Source: Escherichia phage BEK12B
DNA: 51,448 nucleotides
Sequence record: MN158215
Direction: 5' to 3' (one strand)
Made by a program: the position numbers and the translations under genes. The notes beneath the pieces were generated by a model that saw only the letters and a program-made list of their open reading frames with translations, did not search any database and was not told where the DNA came from. The first letter of the stretch is position 1. Each line of letters starts with the position of its first letter. Shown piece by piece: positions 29,548 through 37,748 of the stretch.

Positions 29548-29783
29548 TTAATGAGATGGATTTTGAACTTGCAGAGGCCCAGGTAAGGGCCAAAAAGATG
29601 GGGTTGCGGATCTTGACGCAAACAGTGGAGTTCCCGTCGATGCCGTTCGCATCGTTTCATAAAGTTACGGTATTCAGTAGCAAACTCGAGTTTAACGCGC
29701 TAATCCCTGTTGGTGATGATAAGCGCATGGCAAAATTTATTAACGAATCCTGTGATGTTCTGGATGCCGTTAAACATGGTTAA
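29544..29783 (+). CDS. hypothetical protein
   Basis: 79 aa, ATGA overlap with upstream gene. Confidence 0.5.
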   Translation: MINEMDFELAEAQVRAKKMGLRILTQTVEFPSMPFASFHKVTVFSSKLEFNALIPVGDDKRMAKFINESCDVLDAVKHG

Positions 29784-29784
29784 C

Positions 29785-30069
29785 AACAATGGAGAAATAG
29801 AGATGGCGCGAATCAATGCACCTATTCCAGTTAAGCGCAAAGCACGTTTGCTCAATAACGGGTGTTACGCCCTGCGGCCTGCGTTTAAGGATCGCACCTT
29901 TCCGGTTATCGTTAACGTGTCTCACGTAAGTCGTTGCGGAAACCTGGCATTCGTTAAAGGTGAAGATCTGTCGGCGCTTGGATTCTATGGCGGTGTTTAC
30001 GGCGAGCCGCTCGGATTCTGGCTTGTAGATCCGCTAACTGGAGAACGTGAAATCGAATTCCTGGACTAA
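29785..30069 (+). CDS. hypothetical protein
   Basis: start MARINAPIP preceded by GGAG RBS (ORF-track start 29710 is too far upstream). Confidence 0.5.
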   Translation, partial: NNGEIEMARINAPIPVKRKARLLNNGCYALRPAFKDRTFPVIVNVSHVSRCGNLAFVKGEDLSALGFYGGVYGEPLGFWLVDPLTGEREIEFLD

Positions 30070-30089
30070 ATAGCACTTTTTGTTAAAAC
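30068..30089 (+). promoter_or_regulatory. conserved element copy plus TATATT in loop of 8-bp inverted repeat
   Basis: AAATAGCACTTTTTGTTAAAAC; CGATGCGC...TATATT...GCGCATCG. Confidence 0.55.
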
Positions 30090-30146
30090 CGATGCGCCTC
30101 TGATTGGTATATTAAGCGCATCGACAACGAATGCGAGGATTTGAAA

Positions 30147-30344
30147 ATGGAAACACAGGTTGATGTTAAAGTGGTTAAGCGCGACAAATCTCACGAAAAA
30201 GGATTATTTAAGAAAGGCGTTGAAATCACCATTGATCTTGATGATATGGAGGCGTACCACTCAGGGCTGACTTGGAACGTGCGAAAATGTGAAAACGGCT
30301 TGTTCAAGTTGACTGGCTTTGAAACCTATATGGAGATCATCTAA
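30147..30344 (+). CDS. hypothetical protein
   Basis: ATG at 30147 after RBS GCGAGGA. Confidence 0.45.
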   Translation: METQVDVKVVKRDKSHEKGLFKKGVEITIDLDDMEAYHSGLTWNVRKCENGLFKLTGFETYMEII

Positions 30345-30622
30345 TGGCATATGAAAAGAATGATTTCAATAGCGCAATCGAGATAATCAAGTCGGCGCGA
30401 ATTAAACAACGCGCTTATAGATTCTGGCTTGATTATCGTGATCTAAGAAGAGAAATGGATAATCTCATTAAGACTGGTAGCGCGTTCTGTTCTAATATAA
30501 CGGTTTGGCGCAATATGAATACGCAGTACGGACATGGGAAAATTCGCGTATTTGGCGGCGCTGTTGAGGCGTATGTATTCTCAACAAAAAATGTAAGTTT
30601 TAACTTGGTTGGTATTAATTAG
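30344..30622 (+). CDS. hypothetical protein
   Basis: 92 aa, ATG overlapping previous stop. Confidence 0.45.
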   Translation: MAYEKNDFNSAIEIIKSARIKQRAYRFWLDYRDLRREMDNLIKTGSAFCSNITVWRNMNTQYGHGKIRVFGGAVEAYVFSTKNVSFNLVGIN

Positions 30623-30796
30623 ATGAAGCTAATAATATTCCATAATTCCTGGATGATTGCTGTTTCTAATGATCATTATGGCGGAGACGGAAAGCGAGCA
30701 AAACGCCATAGCCATTTCAACTGATATCACGAATTGCTAAACAATATTTCTTAAACCTTGTATAGTTACCAAACCAAATATAATGAGGATCGCGCA

Positions 30797-31024
30797 ATGA
30801 AAGCTAAAGTAACTAACATCATGCACACTGTTGATGCACATCACCGCGTCGCTGTGAAAATTGATCAATCTTGTGGAATCAACCAGTTAACAATCACAAG
30901 CGGTAAAGGTGTGTTTGTTGTTGGCTCGCATCCTGGTAGTAAAATTCGCAAATATACTCGCGAAGAATTGATTAAACTTCTTGAAGAGAACAGCATGTTC
31001 ATTGAAAGCTGGAAGGCTGTCTGA
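30797..31024 (+). CDS. hypothetical protein
   Basis: start MKAKVTN after RBS GAGGAT. Confidence 0.45.
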   Translation: MKAKVTNIMHTVDAHHRVAVKIDQSCGINQLTITSGKGVFVVGSHPGSKIRKYTREELIKLLEENSMFIESWKAV

Positions 31025-31033
31025 TTAATTAAT

Positions 31034-31057
31034 GGGAGGTTGCTGCCTCCCGTTTTA
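31034..31057 (+). terminator. terminator-like hairpin
   Basis: gggaggttgctgcctccc followed by gtttta. Confidence 0.4.
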
Positions 31058-31071
31058 TCAATGGTGAATAA

Positions 31072-31185
31072 ATGATTAAGGCGCTTGATATTTTATTTGG
31101 TGTTATGATTGGCCTTGTCGGTTTTCTTGTTTTTACTGCTGGTCTTGTAATTATTCTTGCTGTTATTAAGGAGTTTATGAAATGA
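31072..31185 (+). CDS. small hydrophobic peptide (37 aa)
   Basis: RBS GGTGA; single transmembrane-like segment; below 60-aa ORF-track cutoff. Confidence 0.3.
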   Translation: MIKALDILFGVMIGLVGFLVFTAGLVIILAVIKEFMK

Positions 31186-31406
31186 GTCAGGACGGTTTTT
31201 TTGAACGCCTTCAAATGGCAGAAGATGCCGGACTAAATAAAGAGGCGGCGCTTGAAGTTGCATATAAGATCAGGACGCTTGATGATGCGTTGGGTGAAAT
31301 GGATATGGATCATGAATGCGGCGCTGCATTTGCAGATCCAACTATGATTGTTAATGATTGTGGTTGCAATTTTGATCCGAACTGCCCCATATGCTTTCCG
31401 TTTTGA
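31182..31406 (+). CDS. small Cys-rich protein
   Basis: C-terminal DCGCNFDPNCPICFPF cysteine cluster, possible zinc-binding. Confidence 0.45.
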   Translation: MSQDGFFERLQMAEDAGLNKEAALEVAYKIRTLDDALGEMDMDHECGAAFADPTMIVNDCGCNFDPNCPICFPF

Positions 31407-31415
31407 GGCTGAAAG

Positions 31416-32102
31416 ATGAAACAAAAAATCGCTTACTCAATGTTTGATGGATCTGGAATTATGTTGCTGGAATATGCGAAGGCTGGCTATCAATGCTATT
31501 GCTTCAACGCTGACGAAGGCAACCACGGAGAATATTTCATCAAGATGAAGCATGAAAATCTTCATTATGTGAATATGTGGATTGATGAAAATTTCATTGA
31601 AAGAATCAGTAAGATGGATATTCCAAAACCAGATATTGTATTTGGATTTCCAGACTGCACCATGTTTGCCCAATCAGGAAGTAAGCACTTGCGAAGCGAT
31701 GATGATATTCAGGTCGCGCTCAAAAATGCAATCATGGTTGAAACTGTCGGGAATCATTTCGGTGTTCCCTGGATGGCTGAGAATCCTGTAGGCCGACTAT
31801 CAACGCTATGGCGCAAGCCTGATTTTTATTTCAATCCGCGCGATTTTGGTAACTACCTGGACGAATCCGATGGATCTTTTCACCCCAAGATGCCGCTAAA
31901 GGATGGATACACAAAAAGGACTGCTATCTGGTGCGGCAACGGATTTACAGAACCCGAACGCAAGCCGTTATGCAATGATGAGGGCGTAATGTTCTTTTGG
32001 GGTTGGAAGTTTTTAGGCGGTAAGTCTGCCAGAACAAAGCAACTACGCTCACTCACTCCGCGAGGATTTGCTCGCGCCGTATTTGAGGCAAACTCAAAAT
32101 AG
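31416..32102 (+). CDS. DNA (cytosine-5)-methyltransferase-like protein
   Basis: FDGSGI (motif I-like), GFPDCTMFAQSGS (PC motif IV-like), ENP (ENV-like); short at 228 aa so assignment is tentative. Confidence 0.5.
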   Translation: MKQKIAYSMFDGSGIMLLEYAKAGYQCYCFNADEGNHGEYFIKMKHENLHYVNMWIDENFIERISKMDIPKPDIVFGFPDCTMFAQSGSKHLRSDDDIQVALKNAIMVETVGNHFGVPWMAENPVGRLSTLWRKPDFYFNPRDFGNYLDESDGSFHPKMPLKDGYTKRTAIWCGNGFTEPERKPLCNDEGVMFFWGWKFLGGKSARTKQLRSLTPRGFARAVFEANSK

Positions 32103-32118
32103 CACTTTTTGTTAAAAG
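32097..32118 (+). promoter_or_regulatory. conserved element copy plus hairpin and CATAAT
   Basis: AAATAGCACTTTTTGTTAAAAG with methylase stop TAG embedded; ccaggtgtaaaaacctgg hairpin then CATAAT. Confidence 0.55.
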
Positions 32119-32173
32119 CCAGGTGTAAAAACCTGGCATAATCACTTCACCGAAACGAAAGGAGAAATAAACG

Positions 32174-32557
32174 ATGAAAGTTATCTGCAATAAAACCAAC
32201 GTTTTGATGAACGGTCGTTATAAAGCTGTATACGAAAAAATTGCTGGTAGCGATGATGTGATCGAGTTGGAACAATTCCAGGTAAAGAGCATTACAAAGG
32301 GTAGCAAGTGGCAAAACGCTGTTGAGTCTGACTATCGTCATATCAAGACAAAAACAATACTTTGCACTTTCGTTGACCATTCTCTTAGCGTTAAGAAAAC
32401 TTTCAAGCAAGGAAAGAGGTATCAAGTGGAAAGTGGTAGAGTGCTTGGCGCTGTTGCTGGGTATGTTTACGATGAACAAGGTGATCGCTTTACTCTATAT
32501 CGCTGCGAGGATGGTTTTGAATGTGCAACTGCAAAATTTCAAGCGAAATACTTCTAA
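32174..32557 (+). CDS. hypothetical protein
   Basis: 127 aa, RBS AAAGGAGA. Confidence 0.45.
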   Translation: MKVICNKTNVLMNGRYKAVYEKIAGSDDVIELEQFQVKSITKGSKWQNAVESDYRHIKTKTILCTFVDHSLSVKKTFKQGKRYQVESGRVLGAVAGYVYDEQGDRFTLYRCEDGFECATAKFQAKYF

Positions 32558-33039
32558 GCCAACTAAGATACGACGACGGTATTCTTTACTGGAAGGAGTG
32601 GAGAAAGGGTAGAAAACGCAGTCTTGAGGCTGGAACCGTAAACAGCAAAGGGTATGTAAAGCTAACTGTAGAAGGTGTACAAATTTATGCTCACAGGGTT
32701 GTTTGGATTATGCACAACGGAGATATTCCTCAAGGAATGGAAATTGATCACATAAACCATGACAGAACTGATAACAGGATAGAAAACTTGAGATTGGTTA
32801 CAAGGTCGATAAACGGACGAAATTTATCCATGCGATCTAACAATACAATCGGTCATATAGGAATTATCTGGTACGAAAATAGGGGGAAGTACAAGGTTAA
32901 TGTAAAGGTTGATGGTAGATTGATTTATGGTGGATGGCACACATGTATTGAGTCGGCTATATCAGCAATAGATAGGTTGTTGATTGAGCATGGTTTCCAC
33001 GAAAACCACGGAAAAGAGAAGTCTCATGATCAAGACTGA
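32521..33039 (+). CDS. HNH homing endonuclease
   Basis: EIDHINHDRTDNRIENLRL HNH motif, C-terminal HGFHENHG. Confidence 0.85.
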   Translation: MCNCKISSEILLSQLRYDDGILYWKEWRKGRKRSLEAGTVNSKGYVKLTVEGVQIYAHRVVWIMHNGDIPQGMEIDHINHDRTDNRIENLRLVTRSINGRNLSMRSNNTIGHIGIIWYENRGKYKVNVKVDGRLIYGGWHTCIESAISAIDRLLIEHGFHENHGKEKSHDQD

Positions 33040-33247
33040 ATATCGCTATAAGGTGACTTATTCAGCAACAAAAACCTTCAAGCCTGGCGATATAGTCAGG
33101 CCCATCAAAAAAACGGCGGTAGGTTGGCTGATTGGATTCTCATATCACAAATCACTTTACTTTGATTTTGTTGATTCTGTAACCGCGCATTTCCATAGTG
33201 CAAAGGAACCAGAAAAAATCTTAGTTAGCATAGAGCGGATCAAATAG
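33026..33247 (+). CDS. hypothetical protein
   Basis: start at MIKTEYRYKV overlapping HNH stop. Confidence 0.4.
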   Translation: MIKTEYRYKVTYSATKTFKPGDIVRPIKKTAVGWLIGFSYHKSLYFDFVDSVTAHFHSAKEPEKILVSIERIK

Positions 33248-33263
33248 CATTTTTTGTTAAATG
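33242..33263 (+). promoter_or_regulatory. conserved element copy plus TATTAT
   Basis: AAATAGCATTTTTTGTTAAATG with embedded TAG stop; TATTAT 18 nt downstream. Confidence 0.5.
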
Positions 33264-33314
33264 CGGGTAGCATTGGTGCGGTATTATTGCCGCATCAAAA
33301 AGGAGTTATCACCA

Positions 33315-34898
33315 ATGAATTTTTCGTTTGAAACCAATAAACTAACACCAAAACAAATTATAGAATTAGCTGATGCGCAAGGATTGTCTCCGGTGCGCGT
33401 GTCCATTCAGGCTAACGGATACCGTCAATCGTCCAGCTTTTGGGGTGGGGTTAATGATGTTAATAACGGAAACGATCGCTACCCTATAATTTCTCTTGGC
33501 AATGATGTTGATGTTGTTGGTAAGTTGGCGCGCAACATTGCTCGATCAGTTCAGTTCCCTGAATCATCGGCATATATGCATTTTATCGGATGTGTGTCTG
33601 CTGCAATGCTTGGACGCTTCACTGTTGAGTATCACGGAACGGATCAGCCGACCGCTCTTTATGTTGTCACAAGCCAGCCTCCTTCAACTGGTAAATCTGC
33701 CGTTAACAGCCTGGCGCTTGCTCCTATGGTTGCTGAAGTAGAAAGAATTAATGATCAGCGAAAGAAGGAACGAAAAAAGATTCAGGCAAAGTTGGCAGGT
33801 CTTGCAAAAGAGATGAAAAGCGAGCGATCTGGCGCTGACATGGAATCGCTATACCAGGAGAAAGAAGATCTTGAAGAAAAACTTGAAAAGATGTGTGACA
33901 TTGTTTTCCCTGTGTCCGATACCACGCCGGAAGGACTTGCAAGAATCAACAATCGCCAGGGTAACTTTGCTGTAATTTCAGACGAGGCAACGAGTATTAA
34001 CAGCCTTTTAGGTCTGACATATGCCAATAGCGAACGCAAAACAAACAGCGAACTTGTGCTGAAAGCATGGGATCACGGTCATGTTTCTATAGCTCGCGCA
34101 AACGCTGACAACAATATGAGTTTTAAAGCTCTTGGATGTATGGCGGTAATTGCCCAGGATGAAACAATCAATGCCATCATGGATGCAGGATCGCGAGGTA
34201 TCGGTGTAAGTGAGCGTTATTTGCTTGTGCGTGAGGAATCATTTTTAGGCCGTAGAAAGTTTGTTGATGATAACGGTGACTCTACTTATGAACCTGTTGA
34301 TGGGGAACTGAAAAGCCAATATTTCAAGCTGATCCATAACATAATGAGCGAATCAAACATCCAGCTTAAGATCAGCAAATCAGCAATGCGAGTGCTTAAC
34401 ATGGCTCGTCAGGAGATGGAACCGCATCTTGCTGATGGCGGAAAGTATTCGCATACAATGCTGCGAGGTGCGCTTGGCAAAATGGATAAGCAGGTGATCA
34501 GGATTGCTTCGGTTTTGCACACTATCCGCAATTGGTTTAATCCTGGTGGATACCCTCAGAAGTCTAAAGAGATTGAGGTTGAAACCGTTCAGGAAGCATT
34601 GCTGATGTTTAGCGAGTTGAGCAAAACATACATTAGCGCCGCAAACGCTTCTGGCTATGCTGGTGATGATGCTGAAATGGGTAAACTAATCGAGATCATC
34701 ACTCGACACGGCAAGGCTAATAAGGGAATCTTGAATGTGCGCGCCATATATGAGGCAGCACGAAAAGTTAAGCCTTTTGTTGGTCAGGCTGGCGTAATGA
34801 AGCGCATGGAAACGCAACTGCTTCCGATGCTTGAGGAAAGAAATTATATTTGTGTGATTAATGGCGTTGTTTTCGTAAATCCAACATTGCTGGGGTGA
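33315..34898 (+). CDS. P-loop protein of unknown function (possible replication-associated ATPase)
   Basis: 527 aa from MNFSFETN after RBS AAAAGGAG; Walker A-like SQPPSTGKSAVNS. Confidence 0.45.
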   Translation: MNFSFETNKLTPKQIIELADAQGLSPVRVSIQANGYRQSSSFWGGVNDVNNGNDRYPIISLGNDVDVVGKLARNIARSVQFPESSAYMHFIGCVSAAMLGRFTVEYHGTDQPTALYVVTSQPPSTGKSAVNSLALAPMVAEVERINDQRKKERKKIQAKLAGLAKEMKSERSGADMESLYQEKEDLEEKLEKMCDIVFPVSDTTPEGLARINNRQGNFAVISDEATSINSLLGLTYANSERKTNSELVLKAWDHGHVSIARANADNNMSFKALGCMAVIAQDETINAIMDAGSRGIGVSERYLLVREESFLGRRKFVDDNGDSTYEPVDGELKSQYFKLIHNIMSESNIQLKISKSAMRVLNMARQEMEPHLADGGKYSHTMLRGALGKMDKQVIRIASVLHTIRNWFNPGGYPQKSKEIEVETVQEALLMFSELSKTYISAANASGYAGDDAEMGKLIEIITRHGKANKGILNVRAIYEAARKVKPFVGQAGVMKRMETQLLPMLEERNYICVINGVVFVNPTLLG

Positions 34899-35293
34899 TC
34901 GTGTTTCTACTTGATATTTATCGCTGGTGTGAGTCATTCGAATGGTTTACGCGTCAACATATAGCAAAATTTATCTTTCAGCACAGAGAATGTGAGCGGC
35001 TCGCAAGGGCCGCAGGATTTACGCCGAGAATGTTTGCGACTGCCGTTTCAAAAGAGTTTTGCGCAAGAATGATGACTGCTGGTTATCTTGATGGAGTTTG
35101 TGGAAAGTTCTGGTGTAAGAAAGGATCAGCAAATCGCCCTTTCTCGTTTGAACTTTACAGCCTGGAAGGTATGCAAAACGAATGGGTAAGAGATGTTTTA
35201 CGGATCGGAGAAATGAGTGATGAAGAATTGTTTACGCCAAATGCTAATAGACAACAAATAGAAGCTCTAAGGAAAAGATATGGATTGGAATAA
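34895..35293 (+). CDS. hypothetical protein
   Basis: 132 aa ORF, GTG start overlapping upstream stop. Confidence 0.35.
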   Translation: MIVFLLDIYRWCESFEWFTRQHIAKFIFQHRECERLARAAGFTPRMFATAVSKEFCARMMTAGYLDGVCGKFWCKKGSANRPFSFELYSLEGMQNEWVRDVLRIGEMSDEELFTPNANRQQIEALRKRYGLE

Positions 35294-35752
35294 AATATTT
35301 ATATATGACAATGGAATATTGAGATGGAGAAACAGAAGGGGAAAAGCAAAGCCAGGAATCGTTGCTGGATGTGTAGATAAAAATGGCTATGTAAGAATAA
35401 GGTATAATGGTGTATTGCTTTTGGCTCATAGAATAATATGGGAAATGCACAATGGAAAAATACCAGAAGGAATGGAGATAGATCATATATGGCACAATAG
35501 GTTGGATAACAGGATTGAAAATTTAAGGCTTGCATCAAGATTAGAGAACAGCAAAAACGTATCTCTACTAAAAAGAAATAAATCTGGTAGGGTTGGAGTG
35601 TGCTGGAGGAAGAAAGAAAGAAATGGCATGCAACCATATATGATAAAGGTAAGAGTATTCATTTAGGATTATTTTCAAGCATTGATGATGCAATTATGGC
35701 AAGAGAACAAGCAGAGGCTAAACTTGGTTATCATGAAAATCATGGAAAGTAA
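35280..35752 (+). pseudogene. HNH homing endonuclease disrupted by frameshift
   Basis: N-terminal part with EIDHIWHNRLDNRIENLRL in frame 0 stops at 35666; conserved C-terminus ...KWHATIYDKGKSIHLGLFSSIDDAIMAREQAEAKLGYHENHGK is in another frame to 35752; shift within gaagaaagaaagaaa run 35608..35623. Confidence 0.6.
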
Positions 35753-35924
35753 ACTGATAGATGAAATTCTTAAGTTTTGCGCTACTTCTCAAATCTCACA
35801 TGGCGACTTCATGCACGCAATGTTAACGCTAATTCATTCTGACATGCGAGCGTTTAACATATCAGAGCATAATTTGTGTGATGATGACGGCGTTTTATTG
35901 GTTACTGTAAAGCGTATTGAATAA
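35742..35924 (+). CDS. hypothetical protein
   Basis: 60 aa from MESKLIDEIL, last plus-strand ORF before bidirectional terminator. Confidence 0.3.
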   Translation: MESKLIDEILKFCATSQISHGDFMHAMLTLIHSDMRAFNISEHNLCDDDGVLLVTVKRIE

Positions 35925-35925
35925 C

Positions 35926-35950
35926 AAAGGAGGCGTTAAGCCTCCTTTTT
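35926..35950. terminator. bidirectional intrinsic terminator between plus-strand block and lysis cassette
   Basis: aaaggaggcgttaagcctccttttt, T/A runs on both sides. Confidence 0.6.
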
Positions 35951-36334
35951 GTTGCCTTTGCGGTAGGAAAAGTAAAGCATAGTCAAAAGACCACTGAAAA
36001 TCGCAGCGCAATAGATTATAGGATCGTACCATTTCCTTTGCTCACCCTGCACGACCTGGATTTTATCAGCCTTGATGGTGTTAGCCTGAATGGTTGACGT
36101 AGTGAAATCCTTCTTGCTTGAAGTGTCCACCTTATCAACCGCAGATTCCTTTATTGTGGTTTCCTGTTTTGTACTGGTGTCCTGCTTTGCGGTAACGCCA
36201 ACGGTCTGCTTTACGTTCTCAGCTCCTGCCTGTGCTGTGATTTCCGGTTTACTGCCGATTAATCCGGTCAGTGGCGTAACGCTTGAACATCCAGACAAAA
36301 TAACAGCGATCGCGATTATTGATAACTTTCGCAT
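35936..36334 (-). CDS. unimolecular spanin-like lipoprotein
   Basis: N-terminal lipoprotein signal with lipobox ILSGC and C-terminal transmembrane helix, directly after endolysin, as in T1 gp11. Confidence 0.6.
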   Translation of the reverse strand: MRKLSIIAIAVILSGCSSVTPLTGLIGSKPEITAQAGAENVKQTVGVTAKQDTSTKQETTIKESAVDKVDTSSKKDFTTSTIQANTIKADKIQVVQGEQRKWYDPIIYCAAIFSGLLTMLYFSYRKGNKKEA

Positions 36335-36336
36335 AA

Positions 36337-36828
36337 TTACAGATCCTTAATGCAATATTTAAATTCCACCGCGCGGCGGTTGCGTAAACCTTTCGAGAGT
36401 TCTTTCTTTCCGGTTTTAGGATTCGTGAATTTATCCCACCGCCATAACTGCTGGCACGCTTCCGGCAATCTGCCCTGATTAATCAGTTTGAGCATTGTCG
36501 AATTGCGGAATGCACCAACGCCAGCGTTAAAAGTGAAACTATACATCGCCGCTCGCATCGTGGCTGGGATTTCAACCTTCACGCGCTTGTCTACTTCATC
36601 CTTTGCCACCTTGATATGTTTTGCCAGTAGCGCATCGCATTCTCGCTTTGTGTAGGTCTTACCGATAATCACATCTTTTCCGGTGATTCCGGCGCATGCC
36701 GTCCAGACTCCGGCAATATCTTTATATGGCGTGTATCTGATCCCCTCAATTTCTTCAAGGAGTGGAGAAGTAAGAGCAAGCGCAGCACCGATAGCGACGG
36801 ACACGATGCTTTTTCTTGCGCTCATCAT
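36337..36828 (-). CDS. endolysin, phage lysozyme with N-terminal signal-anchor (SAR-type)
   Basis: [23 protein letters not shown] lysozyme catalytic region (Glu...Asp...Thr pattern) after hydrophobic Gly/Ala-rich N-terminus. Confidence 0.8.
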   Translation of the reverse strand: MMSARKSIVSVAIGAALALTSPLLEEIEGIRYTPYKDIAGVWTACAGITGKDVIIGKTYTKRECDALLAKHIKVAKDEVDKRVKVEIPATMRAAMYSFTFNAGVGAFRNSTMLKLINQGRLPEACQQLWRWDKFTNPKTGKKELSKGLRNRRAVEFKYCIKDL

Positions 36829-37040
36829 TTACCCCTGATTTCAATTGCTTTTTTAAAGTCACCACTATCAAGCGCCTTCTGGAAGGCTTTACTATCACGC
36901 CACCGCAGATAAGCGCCCCATACGCCGAAAATAGCCATCAATACGAAGCTGGCAATTGCAATTGCCGTTTGTCCTGTTACTGCTCCAGTGATTGATGCGC
37001 CGCCCGTGCCGGACGTTGCAGCGTTCAAAAAATCTTTCAT
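36825..37040 (-). CDS. holin
   Basis: 71 aa from MKDFLN after RBS AAAGAGGA; transmembrane segment and charged C-terminus; directly upstream of endolysin. Confidence 0.6.
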   Translation of the reverse strand: MKDFLNAATSGTGGASITGAVTGQTAIAIASFVLMAIFGVWGAYLRWRDSKAFQKALDSGDFKKAIEIRGK

Positions 37041-37102
37041 ATTTAGATCCTCTTTATTCAAATGTCAATAGTGATGATTGTATTTTAAACATTGTGCTGA
37101 AA

Positions 37103-37448
37103 NNNNNNNNNNNNNNNNNNNNNNNNNNNNNNNNNNNNNNNNNNNNNNNNNNNNNNNNNNNNNNNNNNNNNNNNNNNNNNNTCTTCAAGGAGTGGAGAAG
37201 TAAGAGCAAGCGCAGCACCGATAGCGACGGACACGATGCTTTTTCTTGCGCNNNNNNNNNNNNNNNNNNNNNNNNNNNNNNNNNNNNNNNNNNNNNNNNN
37301 NNNNNNNNNNNNNNNNNNNNNNNNNNNNNNNNNNNNNNNNNNNNNNNNNNNNNNNNNNNNNNNNNNNNNNNNNNNNNNNNNNNNNNNNNNNNNNNNNNNN
37401 NNNNATACGAAGCTGGCAATTGCAATTGCCGTTTGTCCTGNNNNNNNN
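37103..37448. other. N-masked gap containing fragments duplicated from 36762..37075
   Basis: three N runs (79, 153, 8 nt) separating exact copies of holin/endolysin sequence. Confidence 0.9.
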
Positions 37449-37576
37449 ACGTTGCAGCGTTCAAAAAATCTTTCATATTTAGATCCTCTTTATTCAAATG
37501 TCAATAGTGCTGAAAAAATAAATAAAAAAAGGAGACTTAAAAATCAAGCCTCCTTATAAGTTAATGTTTTATATGG

Positions 37577-37746
37577 TCATTCTACTGGCGAAAAAGTCAG
37601 ATAATAGCCGTGTAGTGGTGCGATAATCGCGCTACCTTGTCCGTCGCGGATCTCATACATCCCGCCAGGGATTGCTACCGACGTGTAAATCAGGCCGACG
37701 GTGTAGGGCAATTGCTTAGATGTGTTTCTGGTGCAACGTACTTTCA
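37577..37746 (-). CDS. hypothetical protein
   Basis: 56 aa from MKVRCTRNT, start adjacent to phosphoesterase stop. Confidence 0.3.
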
Positions 37747-37748
37747 TT

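Noticed and set aside
36992-37559. ORF-track ORFs containing runs of X (36992..37507, 37054..37497, 37236..37559, 37246..37482)
   Set aside because: They are translations through N-masked sequence and duplicated fragments, not real reading frames.
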